DNA of 64,000 nucleotides from Planctomycetota bacterium (GCA_015075515.1 JABTUE010000003.1:700005-764004), one strand, 5' to 3'; positions 36,150 through 45,846 are shown, counted from the stretch's first letter. The notes: a model not told the origin generated them from the letters alone. Made by a program: numbers and translations.

Positions 36150-36169
36150 GGTGCCAGACTTTCGGCACC
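36150..36169. promoter_or_regulatory. perfect inverted repeat GGTGCC-N8-GGCACC (candidate activator/operator site)
   Basis: It lies about 130 nt upstream of the candidate sigma54 promoter and about 75 nt upstream of the XPB start. An extra GTGCCAG copy sits at 36139-36145. Confidence 0.3.
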
Positions 36170-36242
36170 CGGCCACGGACGCGTATCGCGCCGGGCCTGC
36201 CGCATGTAGAATGTTTCGTTCGATTTTCGGCCGGAGCAACGC

Positions 36243-37979
36243 GTGAATCAGCCCCGTGGACCAGCCATCGTACAGGCCGACCTTTCGATCCTGCTGGAAG
36301 TGGATCACCCTGACTACGAAACCGCCCGCGACGCGTTGGCCGGTTTTGCCGAATTGGTCAAGAGTCCCGAGCACATCCACACCTACCGCATCACACCGTT
36401 GAGTTTGTGGAACGCCGCCGCCAGCGGCATTTCCGCCCAGGACGTGCTGGGTGCCCTCAGGCGCTATTCGCGCTATGAGGTGCCCGAACTCGTCACCAGC
36501 GAAGTGGTCGAATACATCGGCCGCTACGGGCGTCTGGTTCTGGAGGAACGCAACGGCCGCCACATTCTGACCAGCCGCGACACCCAGTTGCTGGCGATGG
36601 TCGTCGGGCAGAAGTCCTGTGCGCGCTACTTTGACGGCATGCTGGACCAGCATACCGCGTTGCTGGCCCCGGGGGCACGCGGATGGCTCAAGCACGCGCT
36701 GGTCAAGATCGGCTTTCCGGTCGAAGACATCGCGGGCTACACCCCCGGCACGCCGCTGGAGGTCAAGCTGCGCGAGCGCACGCTGGAGGGCCGGCCGTTT
36801 GCCCTGCGCCGGTACCAGAAAATGGCCGCCGACACCTTTCATGCCGGCGGCGGCCCGCGCGGCGGCAGCGGCGTGATCGTTCTGCCATGCGGCGCTGGCA
36901 AGACCATCGTGGGCATGGCGGCCATGTCGCTGGTGCGTGCCCACACCCTGATCCTTACCGCCAACGTGGTGGCCGTTCGCCAGTGGATCCGCGAACTGGT
37001 GGACAAAACCGGCCTCAGTCCCGACCAGGTGGCCGAATACACCGGCGACAGCAAGGCGATTGCGCCCGTCACCGTGGCCACGTACCAGATCGTCACCTAC
37101 CGCAAGCGCAAAAGCGAGGAGTTCCCCCACTTTGAGCTGTTCCGGCGCGGCGACTGGGGGCTGATCATCTACGACGAAGTACACCTTCTGCCCGCGCCGG
37201 TGTTTCGCGCCACGGCTGAAATCCAGTCGCGCCGGCGCCTTGGCCTTACCGCCACGCTGGTGCGCGAGGACGGGCTTGAAGAAGACGTGTTCAGCCTGGT
37301 GGGCCCCAAGCGTTACGACGTGCCCTGGCGCGAACTGGAAAAGCAGGGCTGGATCGCCACGGCCGACTGCACCGAAATTCGCGTGGATCTGCCCCCCGGC
37401 CAGCGTCTGCCCTACGCCATGGCCGACCAGCGCGAGCAGTACCGCATTTCGGCCGAAAACCCGGTCAAAATGGACGTGCTGGAGGCCCTGTTGAAGCTGC
37501 ACGCCGGCGACCGTGTGCTGGTGATCGCCCAGTATCTGGACCAGTTGCACGAGATCGAACGGCGTTTCGGCTTTCCGCTGATCGAAGGCAAGACTCCCAC
37601 CAAACGGCGCGAAGAACTGTACGCGAAATTCCGCACCGGCCAGCTCAAGGCGCTGATTGTCAGCAAGGTCGGCAACTTCGCCATTGACCTGCCCGACGCC
37701 AACGTGATGGTCCAGCTTTCGGGCACGTTCGGGTCGCGCCAGGAAGAAGCCCAGCGCCTGGGCCGTATCCTGCGCCCCAAGGGCGACGGCCAGCTTGCGC
37801 ACTTCTACACGATCGTGACACGCGAAACCCGCGACCAGGACTTCGGCGCCAACCGCCAGTTGTTTCTGGTCGAACAGGGCTATCGTTACCGCATGGTGGA
37901 AGCCGCCGACATCCTGCAACAGCGGTTTGAGCCCGCGCGCCCCGTCACGGCGCCGGTCGGTCAGGGGGCGGCGCCATGA
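36243..37979 (+). CDS. XPB/Rad25 (ERCC3)-type SF2 DNA helicase
   Basis: GTG start after GGAG. Walker A (LPCGAGKTIVG), DEVH box (IIYDEVHLLPA), motif III with the XPB RED signature (GLTATLVREDG) and motif VI (QRLGRILR). Confidence 0.85.
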   Translation: MNQPRGPAIVQADLSILLEVDHPDYETARDALAGFAELVKSPEHIHTYRITPLSLWNAAASGISAQDVLGALRRYSRYEVPELVTSEVVEYIGRYGRLVLEERNGRHILTSRDTQLLAMVVGQKSCARYFDGMLDQHTALLAPGARGWLKHALVKIGFPVEDIAGYTPGTPLEVKLRERTLEGRPFALRRYQKMAADTFHAGGGPRGGSGVIVLPCGAGKTIVGMAAMSLVRAHTLILTANVVAVRQWIRELVDKTGLSPDQVAEYTGDSKAIAPVTVATYQIVTYRKRKSEEFPHFELFRRGDWGLIIYDEVHLLPAPVFRATAEIQSRRRLGLTATLVREDGLEEDVFSLVGPKRYDVPWRELEKQGWIATADCTEIRVDLPPGQRLPYAMADQREQYRISAENPVKMDVLEALLKLHAGDRVLVIAQYLDQLHEIERRFGFPLIEGKTPTKRREELYAKFRTGQLKALIVSKVGNFAIDLPDANVMVQLSGTFGSRQEEAQRLGRILRPKGDGQLAHFYTIVTRETRDQDFGANRQLFLVEQGYRYRMVEAADILQQRFEPARPVTAPVGQGAAP

Positions 37980-38173
37980 AGTTTCACCTGCATGTGGGAG
38001 TAATCGAGGCCGAAAGTGAGCAGGCCCTGAACGAGGCGCTGACAATCGCGCGCTGTGAGGCCCGCGTACTGGCGCGCCTTGCCCCCAACGTGGCGGTCCT
38101 GGAACGCGGCGACACGCAACTGGTGATCGCGGCGCTGCGGGAACTGGGCCTTCACCCCAAGGTGATGCAATGA
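37976..38173 (+). CDS. 65-aa protein of unknown function, coupled on both sides
   Basis: There are ATGA overlaps with the XPB stop (37976) and with the next start (38170). The sequence resembles the C-terminal module of the next protein (EAESEQAL... vs CDSDEQAM...). Confidence 0.55.
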   Translation: MKFHLHVGVIEAESEQALNEALTIARCEARVLARLAPNVAVLERGDTQLVIAALRELGLHPKVMQ

Positions 38174-39897
38174 AGGGCGCGGCCACGGATCAAGGCAGGG
38201 GCTACCGGGCCGGCGAGCTTGATTTTTTGAGCGTCGCCGAGGCCGTGATTGAACGTCAGCCGCGCGTGTTGAAAAATGGGCTGCCCAATCTGGCGTTCTT
38301 CCGGGCGGCCAACGCCAACCTGGCCCAGCCCGATGACGAAGCCCAAGGGCACGGCTTTGCGCAGGTGGAGTTCTGGCTGACACTGGCGCGCGAACTCGGG
38401 CTGACTGCAACCGACGGTGACCGACTGGCGATTACCGATGCCGCCGACGAGTTTTTTGCCCAACCGCTTGCTGCACGGCGCGATCGCCTGCGCGAGGCCT
38501 TTCTGGGCGCCCGGTCGCTGAATGACTTTGCCCTGGTGGGCGATCTGGAATTGCCCGGTCTGCGCAAGTCCGGCACCGTGGACACCACCACCGACGCGCC
38601 GGGCCCCGAGGCGCTGGCCGCGGCGCGACGGCGCGTGCTGGAGTTTGTGCTGGCCTGCGCGGGCGAAACCCGGGTCGCGCGCCTGTGTCAGCAGGTCCAG
38701 CGCGAAGCCCCCAGCTTTGCCATTGACCACAGCGACGACGGGTCGTGGCGACGCGTGTTTTACCGCGGCATCCGCGAACGCGGCGGCCGCGAAGAAATCG
38801 AACGCGACGGCGGCTGGGATCGCGTCGAGGGCGCGTACATCCGGTGGCTGGTTTCGCTGCCGTTTGCGCGGCTCGGCTGGGTGGACTACGACCCGGCCCG
38901 CGATGCCTTTGAACCACTGACCACGGAAGACGGCGACCCGATCTTTGAGATCGTGGTACAGCCCAACTTCGAAGTGCTGGTGCTGGGCGACCGGCTGGAT
39001 GCCGGGACGCTGTGGCGGCTGGCGCGCTTTGCACGCCCGGCCATGCAGGGCCGCGTCCGCCGCTATATGCTGGAAAAGAAGTCTTTTACCGACGCGCTGG
39101 GCCGCGGCCTGAGCGCAGGCGCGATACTGGAGCTTTTGTCTTCACTGTCGCGCCGGCCCTTGCCCCAGAACGTGCGCTTTTCACTCGAGGAATGGAGCGC
39201 CAGTTCCGAACGCATGAAAATCTGGCCCGACGCGCTGCTGGTCGAGGCCGAAGGCGTAGACGACCTTGCGGCGCTGCTGCCCGAGGCCGCACGCCGCGCT
39301 CTGGGCCTGGCGCGCATCGGCGGCGGGCACATGGCCGCCGTCGCGCCCGATGCCGCGCTGTTGCGCCAGCATGTGCCGCCGCGCCGCGCGATACTGGACT
39401 ATTCGCGGCGGTTGCCGCCGGCGATCACACCCCAGGGTGACCTGCGGCTGCACGCCCCGGCTGAGTCATTGCACCTGCGCGCGCGCCAGACACTGGAACT
39501 GGTGGCGCGACGCCAGGGTGCCGACCACTGGCTGCTGGATCCGGCACTGACCCGCGCCGCCGCCACAGCACTGGGGCCCGACGAATTGCGACGGCGCGTC
39601 GAAGAAGCACTGACCCGGCCGCTGGAACAGGCCCACGCGCTGGCCTTGCGTGCCTGGAGCGGCGAGTTCGCGCCGGCCTTTGCCGGCAGCGCCGAGGTGT
39701 TTCTGTGCGACAGCGACGAACAGGCAATGCTGCTTGAACAAGTTCCCGAGTTCGCGGCGTGGCTGGATCGCAAGCTGGGCCGCGGCGCCTATCTGCTGCG
39801 CCACGGAGGCGCCGCAGCGGTGCGCAAACTTCTGGCAGGCTGCGGCGTAACACTGCGTGACCACACCCGAACAGACTCGCAGGGCAGGCGTCCATGA
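38170..39897 (+). CDS. XPB-associated 575-aa protein carrying a copy of the XPB N-terminal module
   Basis: The central segment (IVVQPNFEVLVLG...RRYMLEKKSFTDALGRGLSAGAILELLSSLSRRPLPQNV) aligns with the XPB N-terminus (IVQADLSILLEV...HTYRITPLSLWNAAASGISAQDVLGALRRYSRYEVPELV). Confidence 0.65.
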   Translation: MKGAATDQGRGYRAGELDFLSVAEAVIERQPRVLKNGLPNLAFFRAANANLAQPDDEAQGHGFAQVEFWLTLARELGLTATDGDRLAITDAADEFFAQPLAARRDRLREAFLGARSLNDFALVGDLELPGLRKSGTVDTTTDAPGPEALAAARRRVLEFVLACAGETRVARLCQQVQREAPSFAIDHSDDGSWRRVFYRGIRERGGREEIERDGGWDRVEGAYIRWLVSLPFARLGWVDYDPARDAFEPLTTEDGDPIFEIVVQPNFEVLVLGDRLDAGTLWRLARFARPAMQGRVRRYMLEKKSFTDALGRGLSAGAILELLSSLSRRPLPQNVRFSLEEWSASSERMKIWPDALLVEAEGVDDLAALLPEAARRALGLARIGGGHMAAVAPDAALLRQHVPPRRAILDYSRRLPPAITPQGDLRLHAPAESLHLRARQTLELVARRQGADHWLLDPALTRAAATALGPDELRRRVEEALTRPLEQAHALALRAWSGEFAPAFAGSAEVFLCDSDEQAMLLEQVPEFAAWLDRKLGRGAYLLRHGGAAAVRKLLAGCGVTLRDHTRTDSQGRRP

Positions 39898-41342
39898 GCA
39901 GAACGCAAACAACCGCGAGTAACCAACGGGAAATCTCGGCCCGTGTGCGGGTGTGGGCGTTCATGGCCTGGTTGCTGTTTCTTGCATCCTGCACGCTGCC
40001 CGGCGAACAACCATTGCCCGAAGGCGTCACCGACACGCGCGCCAATCTTGTGGATCACATCAAGGACAATCCGACGGACCTTGACGCCCACGCCGACCTG
40101 CTGCGCATGCAGATCAAATCCGGGGACCGCGCCGGCGCCGAGACCACAGTGGCCCACGCGCTGAAACACAACCCGCGCGATTTTCGCGCCCACCTGCTGG
40201 AGGCCCAGTACCACCGCTGGCAGCTTGACCTGATCACCACCGAAAAGGCCCTGCTCAAGGCCCGGGCAACAGCGCCCGAGCGTCTGGAACCCTGTGTGGC
40301 GCTGGCCGGCCTGTACAACCAGACCTATCTGGACACCGAAGAACTGGCGCTGCGCCGCGTGGCGCTGGAACTCTGCCCGCCCGAACTGCGGCCCGAGTTC
40401 ACGCTGGATCTGGCCTATTGCCTTTGGGGCCAGGGCAACGCCGCCGCCGCGACACCTCTGGCAGCGGCTCTGGCAGGCCAGACCGACACGCCGGCCGGTC
40501 TGCGCGCCCGTAACCGGCTGCTGCAGGCCGAAATGGCGCTGGCCGGCGGAACCGGTACCGAGGCCGCGGGGCACATCGCCGCAGCCTTTGCACTTGTACC
40601 CGAAGACGGCGGCGTGCTGCAGTTTGCCGCGCGCGCCGCCACGGTGCTGGACGACCCGGCCCCCCTTGCGCCGCTATTTGAGCAAACGCTGGCCGGACAT
40701 GACCGCGCCGAGCTGCGCTGGACGGCCCTGTTCGGCCATTGGATGCTGGCTCTGCGCAAATCTGTGGCAGCCGGCTCTGACCCGCTGGGCGACGAGCCCG
40801 ACCTGTGGCGCAAACGCCTGGAAGCCATGGAACCCGGCCACCCCGATGTTTCGGGGCGGTACTACCAGCTTCTGCGCCTGGATTCCGCGCGCGCACAGCA
40901 GGCCGAAACGCTGGGCAAACAGCTTGAGGAATACGGACTTGGCGTGCCGCCGGTGCCTTCAACCCACGCGGCGCTGCTGAGACTGTGGCGTGTGGAAGAC
41001 GCCCTGCGGGTGGGAGCCTCAAATCCGGCGGTGGCCCTGGCAACCGAGCTGCGCCGGGCCGAGGGCGAACTGGAGGGTTCGCGCATGCTGCTGGTCATGG
41101 CCCTGTTCAAGGCCCGTCAGGACGACCGGTGCCTGGCCGAAGTGGAGGCCTGGCTGGCTGAAAGCAAGGAGCCCGACGATATCCTGCTGTCGCTGCGCTG
41201 GTGGCTGCTGCTGCGCCAGGGAAAATCGGTGGAAGTTCTGGCCGACATCGAAAAGCGTGGCGGAGACAACAACAGTCGGCTGTGGCTGGAGGCAGTGGCC
41301 CGCTTTCACACCTATCGCGCCGCCGCGCGCAAGGGCGAATAG
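39894..41342 (+). CDS. TPR-like helical-repeat lipoprotein
   Basis: The ATGA overlaps the previous stop. Signal with lipobox (WLLFLASC). Helical repeats are rich in A/L/R. Confidence 0.6.
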   Translation: MSRTQTTASNQREISARVRVWAFMAWLLFLASCTLPGEQPLPEGVTDTRANLVDHIKDNPTDLDAHADLLRMQIKSGDRAGAETTVAHALKHNPRDFRAHLLEAQYHRWQLDLITTEKALLKARATAPERLEPCVALAGLYNQTYLDTEELALRRVALELCPPELRPEFTLDLAYCLWGQGNAAAATPLAAALAGQTDTPAGLRARNRLLQAEMALAGGTGTEAAGHIAAAFALVPEDGGVLQFAARAATVLDDPAPLAPLFEQTLAGHDRAELRWTALFGHWMLALRKSVAAGSDPLGDEPDLWRKRLEAMEPGHPDVSGRYYQLLRLDSARAQQAETLGKQLEEYGLGVPPVPSTHAALLRLWRVEDALRVGASNPAVALATELRRAEGELEGSRMLLVMALFKARQDDRCLAEVEAWLAESKEPDDILLSLRWWLLLRQGKSVEVLADIEKRGGDNNSRLWLEAVARFHTYRAAARKGE

Positions 41343-41344
41343 CC

Positions 41345-41803
41345 TCAGGACGGGCGCAGGGCCAAACGGTCAAAAGCATCCGGAAAGTGCTCGGCGCGCG
41401 TGGGTTCGCCGTTTTTGTCCAGGTACACCCCCACCACGTCAAAGCGCAGCACGTCGTGATAGCCCCTGCGGCGCAGAATGCGCCGGGCCGTTTCCACCAC
41501 TTGGCGCTGTTTGCGCAGATCCACGGCCTCACGCGGTGTGATCAGGCCGCCTTCCTTGCGCGAGCGCACCTCAACAACCACAAGGCCTTCGTTGCCCCGT
41601 ATGCGGCCCACGATGTCCAGTTCGCCGTCTTCGTCTTCGAGGTTGCGTTCCACTACCCGAAAGCGGCATTGCCGCTTGAGAAAATCCACGGCGAAGTCTT
41701 CGGCCCTGTCGCCGACAGCACGGGTGCGTGACCGCCTGCCCCGGACGGTCTGTTCGGGACGCAGCTTCTCCAGAAGGGCTGAGATCAGTTCCAGAACGAA
41801 CAT
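41345..41803 (-). CDS. yraN: YraN-family (UPF0102) endonuclease-like protein
   Basis: GDRAEDFAVDFLKRQ...GELDIVG...LVVVEVRSR...RFDVVGV, a PD-(D/E)xK-like pattern typical of YraN. Confidence 0.8.
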   Translation of the reverse strand: MFVLELISALLEKLRPEQTVRGRRSRTRAVGDRAEDFAVDFLKRQCRFRVVERNLEDEDGELDIVGRIRGNEGLVVVEVRSRKEGGLITPREAVDLRKQRQVVETARRILRRRGYHDVLRFDVVGVYLDKNGEPTRAEHFPDAFDRLALRPS

Positions 41804-41835
41804 GGCCGGCTATTTTAGCCGGCACAAACGCAAAA

Positions 41836-41857
41836 GCCCGCCGTTTACGCGGCGGGC
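41836..41857 (-). terminator. intrinsic terminator after rplS
   Basis: GCCCGCCG tttacg CGGCGGGC. On the minus strand TTTTGCGTTTGTG follows. Confidence 0.6.
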
Positions 41858-41878
41858 TTTGTGAAGTTGCAGCAGGAA

Positions 41879-42343
41879 CTACTTCTTTTCTTCGGCCTTG
41901 GGCTCGGCGGACTCGGTCTTGGCCTCGGCGGCGGGCTGCTCGGCTTTGGCGGCCTTGGCGCTGCGGTGCTGGTCCACCTTGCCCAGATAGTCGGCGTTGA
42001 CGCGTTCCTTGATGCGGGTGGCCTTGCCCACGCGGTCGCGCAGGAAGTAAAGCTTGGCACGGCGGGTCACGCCGGGGCGCTTGACTTCGATCTTGGCCAC
42101 GTTGGGGCTGTGCAGGGGGAAAATGCGTTCCACGCCTTCGCCCTCGACAATGCGGCGGACCGTGAACGTTTCACGCAGACCGCCGCCCTTGCGGGCAATG
42201 CAGATGCCGGCGAAAACCTGGATGCGCTCCTTGTCGCCTTCCTTGATGCGCACATGCACGTCCAGCGAATCACCGACGCGGAAGACCGGAATGTCGGTCT
42301 TCTTGATCTGTTCGCGTTCCAGCTCGTAGGCAAAACCACTCAT
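41879..42343 (-). CDS. rplS: 50S ribosomal protein L19 with a Lys/Ala/Glu-rich C-terminal tail
   Basis: [39 protein letters not shown]... The start MSGFAYE is preceded by AGGAG. Confidence 0.9.
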   Translation of the reverse strand: MSGFAYELEREQIKKTDIPVFRVGDSLDVHVRIKEGDKERIQVFAGICIARKGGGLRETFTVRRIVEGEGVERIFPLHSPNVAKIEVKRPGVTRRAKLYFLRDRVGKATRIKERVNADYLGKVDQHRSAKAAKAEQPAAEAKTESAEPKAEEKK

Positions 42344-42383
42344 GGCATGACTCCTGTACCGCGTGCGCCCTGAGGCGCGTTGA

Positions 42384-43079
42384 TCACAACAAATCCGGCC
42401 TGCGTTCCTTCGTTCGTTTCCTGGCCTGTTCCTCGCGCCATTTGGCAATCAGCGCGTGATTGCCGCTTTGCAGCACCTCGGGCACCTTCATGCCCTCGAA
42501 CTCCACCGGCCGCGTGTACTGCGGGTACTCCAGCAGCCTGCCATGCGGGCCAAGGTTGAAGCTGTCTTCCTCGGCGCTGCCGTCTTCGCCCAGCACGCCG
42601 GGCAGCAGCCTTACCACCGCGTCGGTGATCACCAGCGCCGCCAGCTCTCCGCCCGACAGCACATAGTCGCCGATGCTGATTTCATCCCAGGCAAAGCCCT
42701 GGCGGATGCGCTCATCAAACCCTTCATAGCGCCCGCACAACATCAGCAGGCGCTGCTTGCCCGACAGCTCAATCGCAGCCTGCTGGTCAAACCGGCGACC
42801 CTGCGGCGTCAGCAGAACCAGGTGGGCCGGTCGCGTGTCCTGCGCCAGCACATGGCGCACACAGGCAAACACCGGCTCGGGCTTGAGCACCATGCCTGCA
42901 CCGCCGCCGTAAGGCCGGTCGTCCACGCTCTGGTGGACGCCCTTGGCAAAGTCACGGAAGTTGGCCAGGTGGTACTCAACGGCGCCCTTTTCCCTTGCGA
43001 TGCGCGGGATGCTTTCGTCCAGCACCGCACGCACCAGTTGGGGAAACAGGGTAAGGATGTCAATCCGCAGCGGCTTCAT
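42384..43079 (-). CDS. trmD: tRNA (guanine37-N1)-methyltransferase
   Basis: [14 protein letters not shown]..., [34 protein letters not shown]. Confidence 0.95.
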   Translation of the reverse strand: MKPLRIDILTLFPQLVRAVLDESIPRIAREKGAVEYHLANFRDFAKGVHQSVDDRPYGGGAGMVLKPEPVFACVRHVLAQDTRPAHLVLLTPQGRRFDQQAAIELSGKQRLLMLCGRYEGFDERIRQGFAWDEISIGDYVLSGGELAALVITDAVVRLLPGVLGEDGSAEEDSFNLGPHGRLLEYPQYTRPVEFEGMKVPEVLQSGNHALIAKWREEQARKRTKERRPDLL

Positions 43080-43095
43080 CTGCGGCCCTCAACAG

Positions 43096-43593
43096 CTACT
43101 CCGTCACTTGCGTGTAGGGTTTGCCCTCACCGCTGCGGCTTTCCACAAGCTCCAGCAGGCACTGACTGGCGTTGTCACCCACACGACGCCGGGCCAGCTT
43201 GATGATGCGTGTGTAGCCGCCGTTGCGCTCTTTCTTGCCGCCCTTTTCGGCGTGACGGGGCCCGATGTCCTTGAACAGCTTCTGCAGCGTGGTGGCGGCA
43301 ATGACGCGCACTTTCTTGACCGCATCCTTGCCTTCGCCGGTGGTTTCGGTGACGGTAACCTTGTTCTGAAGGTCGCGATCGCCGATCAGCGAGACCACCC
43401 GCCGCTTGTTGGTCAGGTTGTCGGTCTTTGCCAGGTGAATCACACGCTCGGCCAGCGGCTGAAACTGCTTGGCTTTCTCCACGGTGGTGACAATGCGCTC
43501 GTGGTCAATCAGCGCCTGGACCATGTTCTTGCCCAGCGCCCGACGGTGCGAGGGCGAGACACCAAGTTTGCGGCCGCGTTTTCTGTGACGCAT
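43096..43593 (-). CDS. rplQ: 50S ribosomal protein L17 (165 aa, with an internal/C-terminal expansion)
   Basis: MRHRKRGRKLGVSPSHRRALGKNMVQALIDHERIVTTVEKAK. Confidence 0.95.
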   Translation of the reverse strand: MRHRKRGRKLGVSPSHRRALGKNMVQALIDHERIVTTVEKAKQFQPLAERVIHLAKTDNLTNKRRVVSLIGDRDLQNKVTVTETTGEGKDAVKKVRVIAATTLQKLFKDIGPRHAEKGGKKERNGGYTRIIKLARRRVGDNASQCLLELVESRSGEGKPYTQVTE

Positions 43594-43629
43594 GACGGTA
43601 TTCCTGTGTTATCCGGGCCCGGTTGCGGT

Positions 43630-44673
43630 TCAGGCCTGAGAGCCGGCGCCGGCCAGCGATTCAATCCCCGGCGAGATGCCGTAATCGGCCAGGTTGATGC
43701 CAAAACGCAGGCCCATGTCCTCGATCTTCTTCTTGATTTCCTTGAGCGTGGTCTTGCCCAGGTTGCGGATTTCCAGCAGGTCGTCCTCGCTGCGGCTGAC
43801 CAGGTCGCCGATTGTGTTGATGCGTTCGGCGCGCATGCAGTTGTTGGCACGGACGTTCAGGTCCAGTTCGGTGATCGGGCGCATCAGCAACTGGCGGGTG
43901 CGCTCAAGCTCGTCGCTCTTGCGGCCGCTTTCGCCGACTTTGGCGCCTTCGGCCACCAGCTGATCCTTGAGTTCGTAGTACTGCACAAACGGGTTGAGAT
44001 GTTTGCGCATAATCTTGGCGCTCTCGACCAGGCAGAACTCGGGGTCTTTCGTGCCGTCGGTCCAGATCTCAAGGATCAGGCGGTCATAGTTGGTCAGCTT
44101 GCCCACGCGGGTGTATTCGGTCTTGTAGCGCACGCGGGTGACGGGGCTGAAGTTGGCGTCCAGCCAGATAACCCCCAGTTCGCTGGAACCCTGGCTGAGT
44201 TCTTCGGCGGTCTGGTAGCCGCGGCCGCGCTTGACCGTAACCTCCATCTCGAAGTCCTGCGATGCCGTCAGGGTGCACAGCACGAGTTCGGGGTTGATCA
44301 CCTCGCACTCGGCGTCGGCAGCGAAATCGGCCGCCGTGACCGGGCCCTTGCGGCTGACTTTCAGACGCAGCACGCGGGGCTGGTCCGTGGACAGCGCGAT
44401 CTGGAGCTTCTTGACCGCCAGCACGATGTGAGGCACGTCTTCCAGCACACCCTTGGGGCTTTCGAATTCGTGGCTGACGCCCTTGATCTTGAGCGAAACC
44501 GGCGCCGTGCCCTCAAGGCTGGAAAGCAGAATACGGCGCAGGCTGTTGCCGATAGTGGTGCCAAAGCCGCGTTCAAACGGCTCGACAATGAACTTGCCAA
44601 AGCTCTGGGTCTGGGTCTCGCGCTCGCAGATCAGACGGTTGGGAAGCTCAAGCCCACGCCAGCGGATTCTCAT
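43630..44673 (-). CDS. rpoA: DNA-directed RNA polymerase subunit alpha
   Basis: FGKFIVEPFERGFGTTIGNSLRRILLSSLEG... C-terminal domain LDLNVRANNCMRAERINTIGDLV. Confidence 0.95.
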   Translation of the reverse strand: MRIRWRGLELPNRLICERETQTQSFGKFIVEPFERGFGTTIGNSLRRILLSSLEGTAPVSLKIKGVSHEFESPKGVLEDVPHIVLAVKKLQIALSTDQPRVLRLKVSRKGPVTAADFAADAECEVINPELVLCTLTASQDFEMEVTVKRGRGYQTAEELSQGSSELGVIWLDANFSPVTRVRYKTEYTRVGKLTNYDRLILEIWTDGTKDPEFCLVESAKIMRKHLNPFVQYYELKDQLVAEGAKVGESGRKSDELERTRQLLMRPITELDLNVRANNCMRAERINTIGDLVSRSEDDLLEIRNLGKTTLKEIKKKIEDMGLRFGINLADYGISPGIESLAGAGSQA

Positions 44674-44751
44674 GCCCTGTCTCCTCGGTACGGGCGCCCG
44701 CATGCGCGGCGCCACAAGAGCCATTGTCCTGGTATGCCCGCCAAAACGCTT

Positions 44752-45186
44752 CTAGACGCGGCGCTTCTTCTTGGGGCGGCAGCCGTTGTGCGGCAGCGGC
44801 GTCACGTCTTCAATGGATTTGACCTCAATGCCGCGACCCTGCAGCGCGCGTACAGCGCTTTCGCGCCCGGCACCAGGCCCCTGCACCCGCACTTCGACTT
44901 CGCGCACGCCCATCTTCTTGACCTTCTCGGCCACGTTTTCGCCGGCGCGCTGGGCCGCAAAGGGCGTACCCTTGCGCGAACCCTTGAAACCCATTGAGCC
45001 GCTGCTGTCCCAGGCGATGGTATCGCCATTGAGATCCGTCACCGTCACGATCGTGTTATTGAACGTGCTCTTGACGTGCACAATCGCGCGCGGGACGTTG
45101 CGCTTGATCTTGCGCGCTTTCTTTTCCTTGGCGCCGGCAGCCGCCGATGCCCCGGCGGCCTGGGGCGCGCCTTCAGTCTTTGCCAT
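44752..45186 (-). CDS. rpsK: 30S ribosomal protein S11
   Basis: [45 protein letters not shown]. Confidence 0.95.
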   Translation of the reverse strand: MAKTEGAPQAAGASAAAGAKEKKARKIKRNVPRAIVHVKSTFNNTIVTVTDLNGDTIAWDSSGSMGFKGSRKGTPFAAQRAGENVAEKVKKMGVREVEVRVQGPGAGRESAVRALQGRGIEVKSIEDVTPLPHNGCRPKKKRRV

Positions 45187-45273
45187 CGTTCGTTCCTTTG
45201 GGCTCAACCCTGCGTGGCAGGTCCCCCACCTTAACGGCGCGACGGGGCCGCAGCCCCGAACGCGCCCAAACGT

Positions 45274-45651
45274 TTACTTGGTCACCTTCTTCTTGCCCGC
45301 GATCGTCTTCTTCGGGCCCTTGCGTGTGCGCGCGTTGGTGCGCGTGCGCTGGCCGCGAACCGGCAGGTTCACCTTGTGGCGCAGACCGCGGTAGCACTTG
45401 ATGTCGCGCAGACGGTTGATGTTCTGGGTGCGCTGGCGGCGCAGGTTACCCTCAACCACAAAGTTCTTTTCGACAAACGCAGCGATCCGCGTCAGTTCTT
45501 CTTCGGTCAGCGTGCTGGCCTTGCGCGACGGGTCAAGGTTCAAACCCTCACAGATGCGCGCGGCCACCGTGGGGCCGATGCCGTAAATGGCGCGAAATGA
45601 ATAGGCCAACTGTTTGTTGGCGGGAATATCCACACCCAGAAGACGAGGCAT
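45274..45651 (-). CDS. rpsM: 30S ribosomal protein S13
   Basis: MPRLLGVDIPANKQLAYSFRAIYGIG...CYRGLRHKVNLPVRGQRTRTNART. Confidence 0.95.
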   Translation of the reverse strand: MPRLLGVDIPANKQLAYSFRAIYGIGPTVAARICEGLNLDPSRKASTLTEEELTRIAAFVEKNFVVEGNLRRQRTQNINRLRDIKCYRGLRHKVNLPVRGQRTRTNARTRKGPKKTIAGKKKVTK

Positions 45652-45729
45652 TTCGTTACTCCGTGGCCGGGCTCAACGGCATGCGCCTACCCCGGCGGAA
45701 AAGAAGCGGTGCTTTGAAACAACCCTGGC

Positions 45730-45846
45730 CTACCCCTGACGCTGCTTGTGACGCGCGTTCTTGCTGCAGATGACGCGCACAACGCCCTTGCGGCGGATGA
45801 TCTTGCACCCGTCACAGATACGCTTGACTGAAGACTTCACCTTCAT
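45730..45846 (-). CDS. rpmJ: 50S ribosomal protein L36 (zinc-binding form)
   Basis: Not in the ORF track (38 aa). Hand translation gives [38 protein letters not shown]. Confidence 0.9.
   Translation of the reverse strand: MKVKSSVKRICDGCKIIRRKGVVRVICSKNARHKQRQG

Noticed and set aside
35843-36246. ORFs of 120-140 aa on both strands in the divergent intergenic region.
   Set aside because: They have no RBS and a Pro/Arg/Gly-rich composition, and they overlap strong hairpins and promoter-like elements. The region is treated as regulatory, non-coding DNA.
36129-38186. A 685-aa ORF on the - strand.
   Set aside because: It is antisense to the XPB helicase gene, which has a full set of SF2 motifs. 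The antisense translation is Ala/Gly/Arg-rich and featureless.
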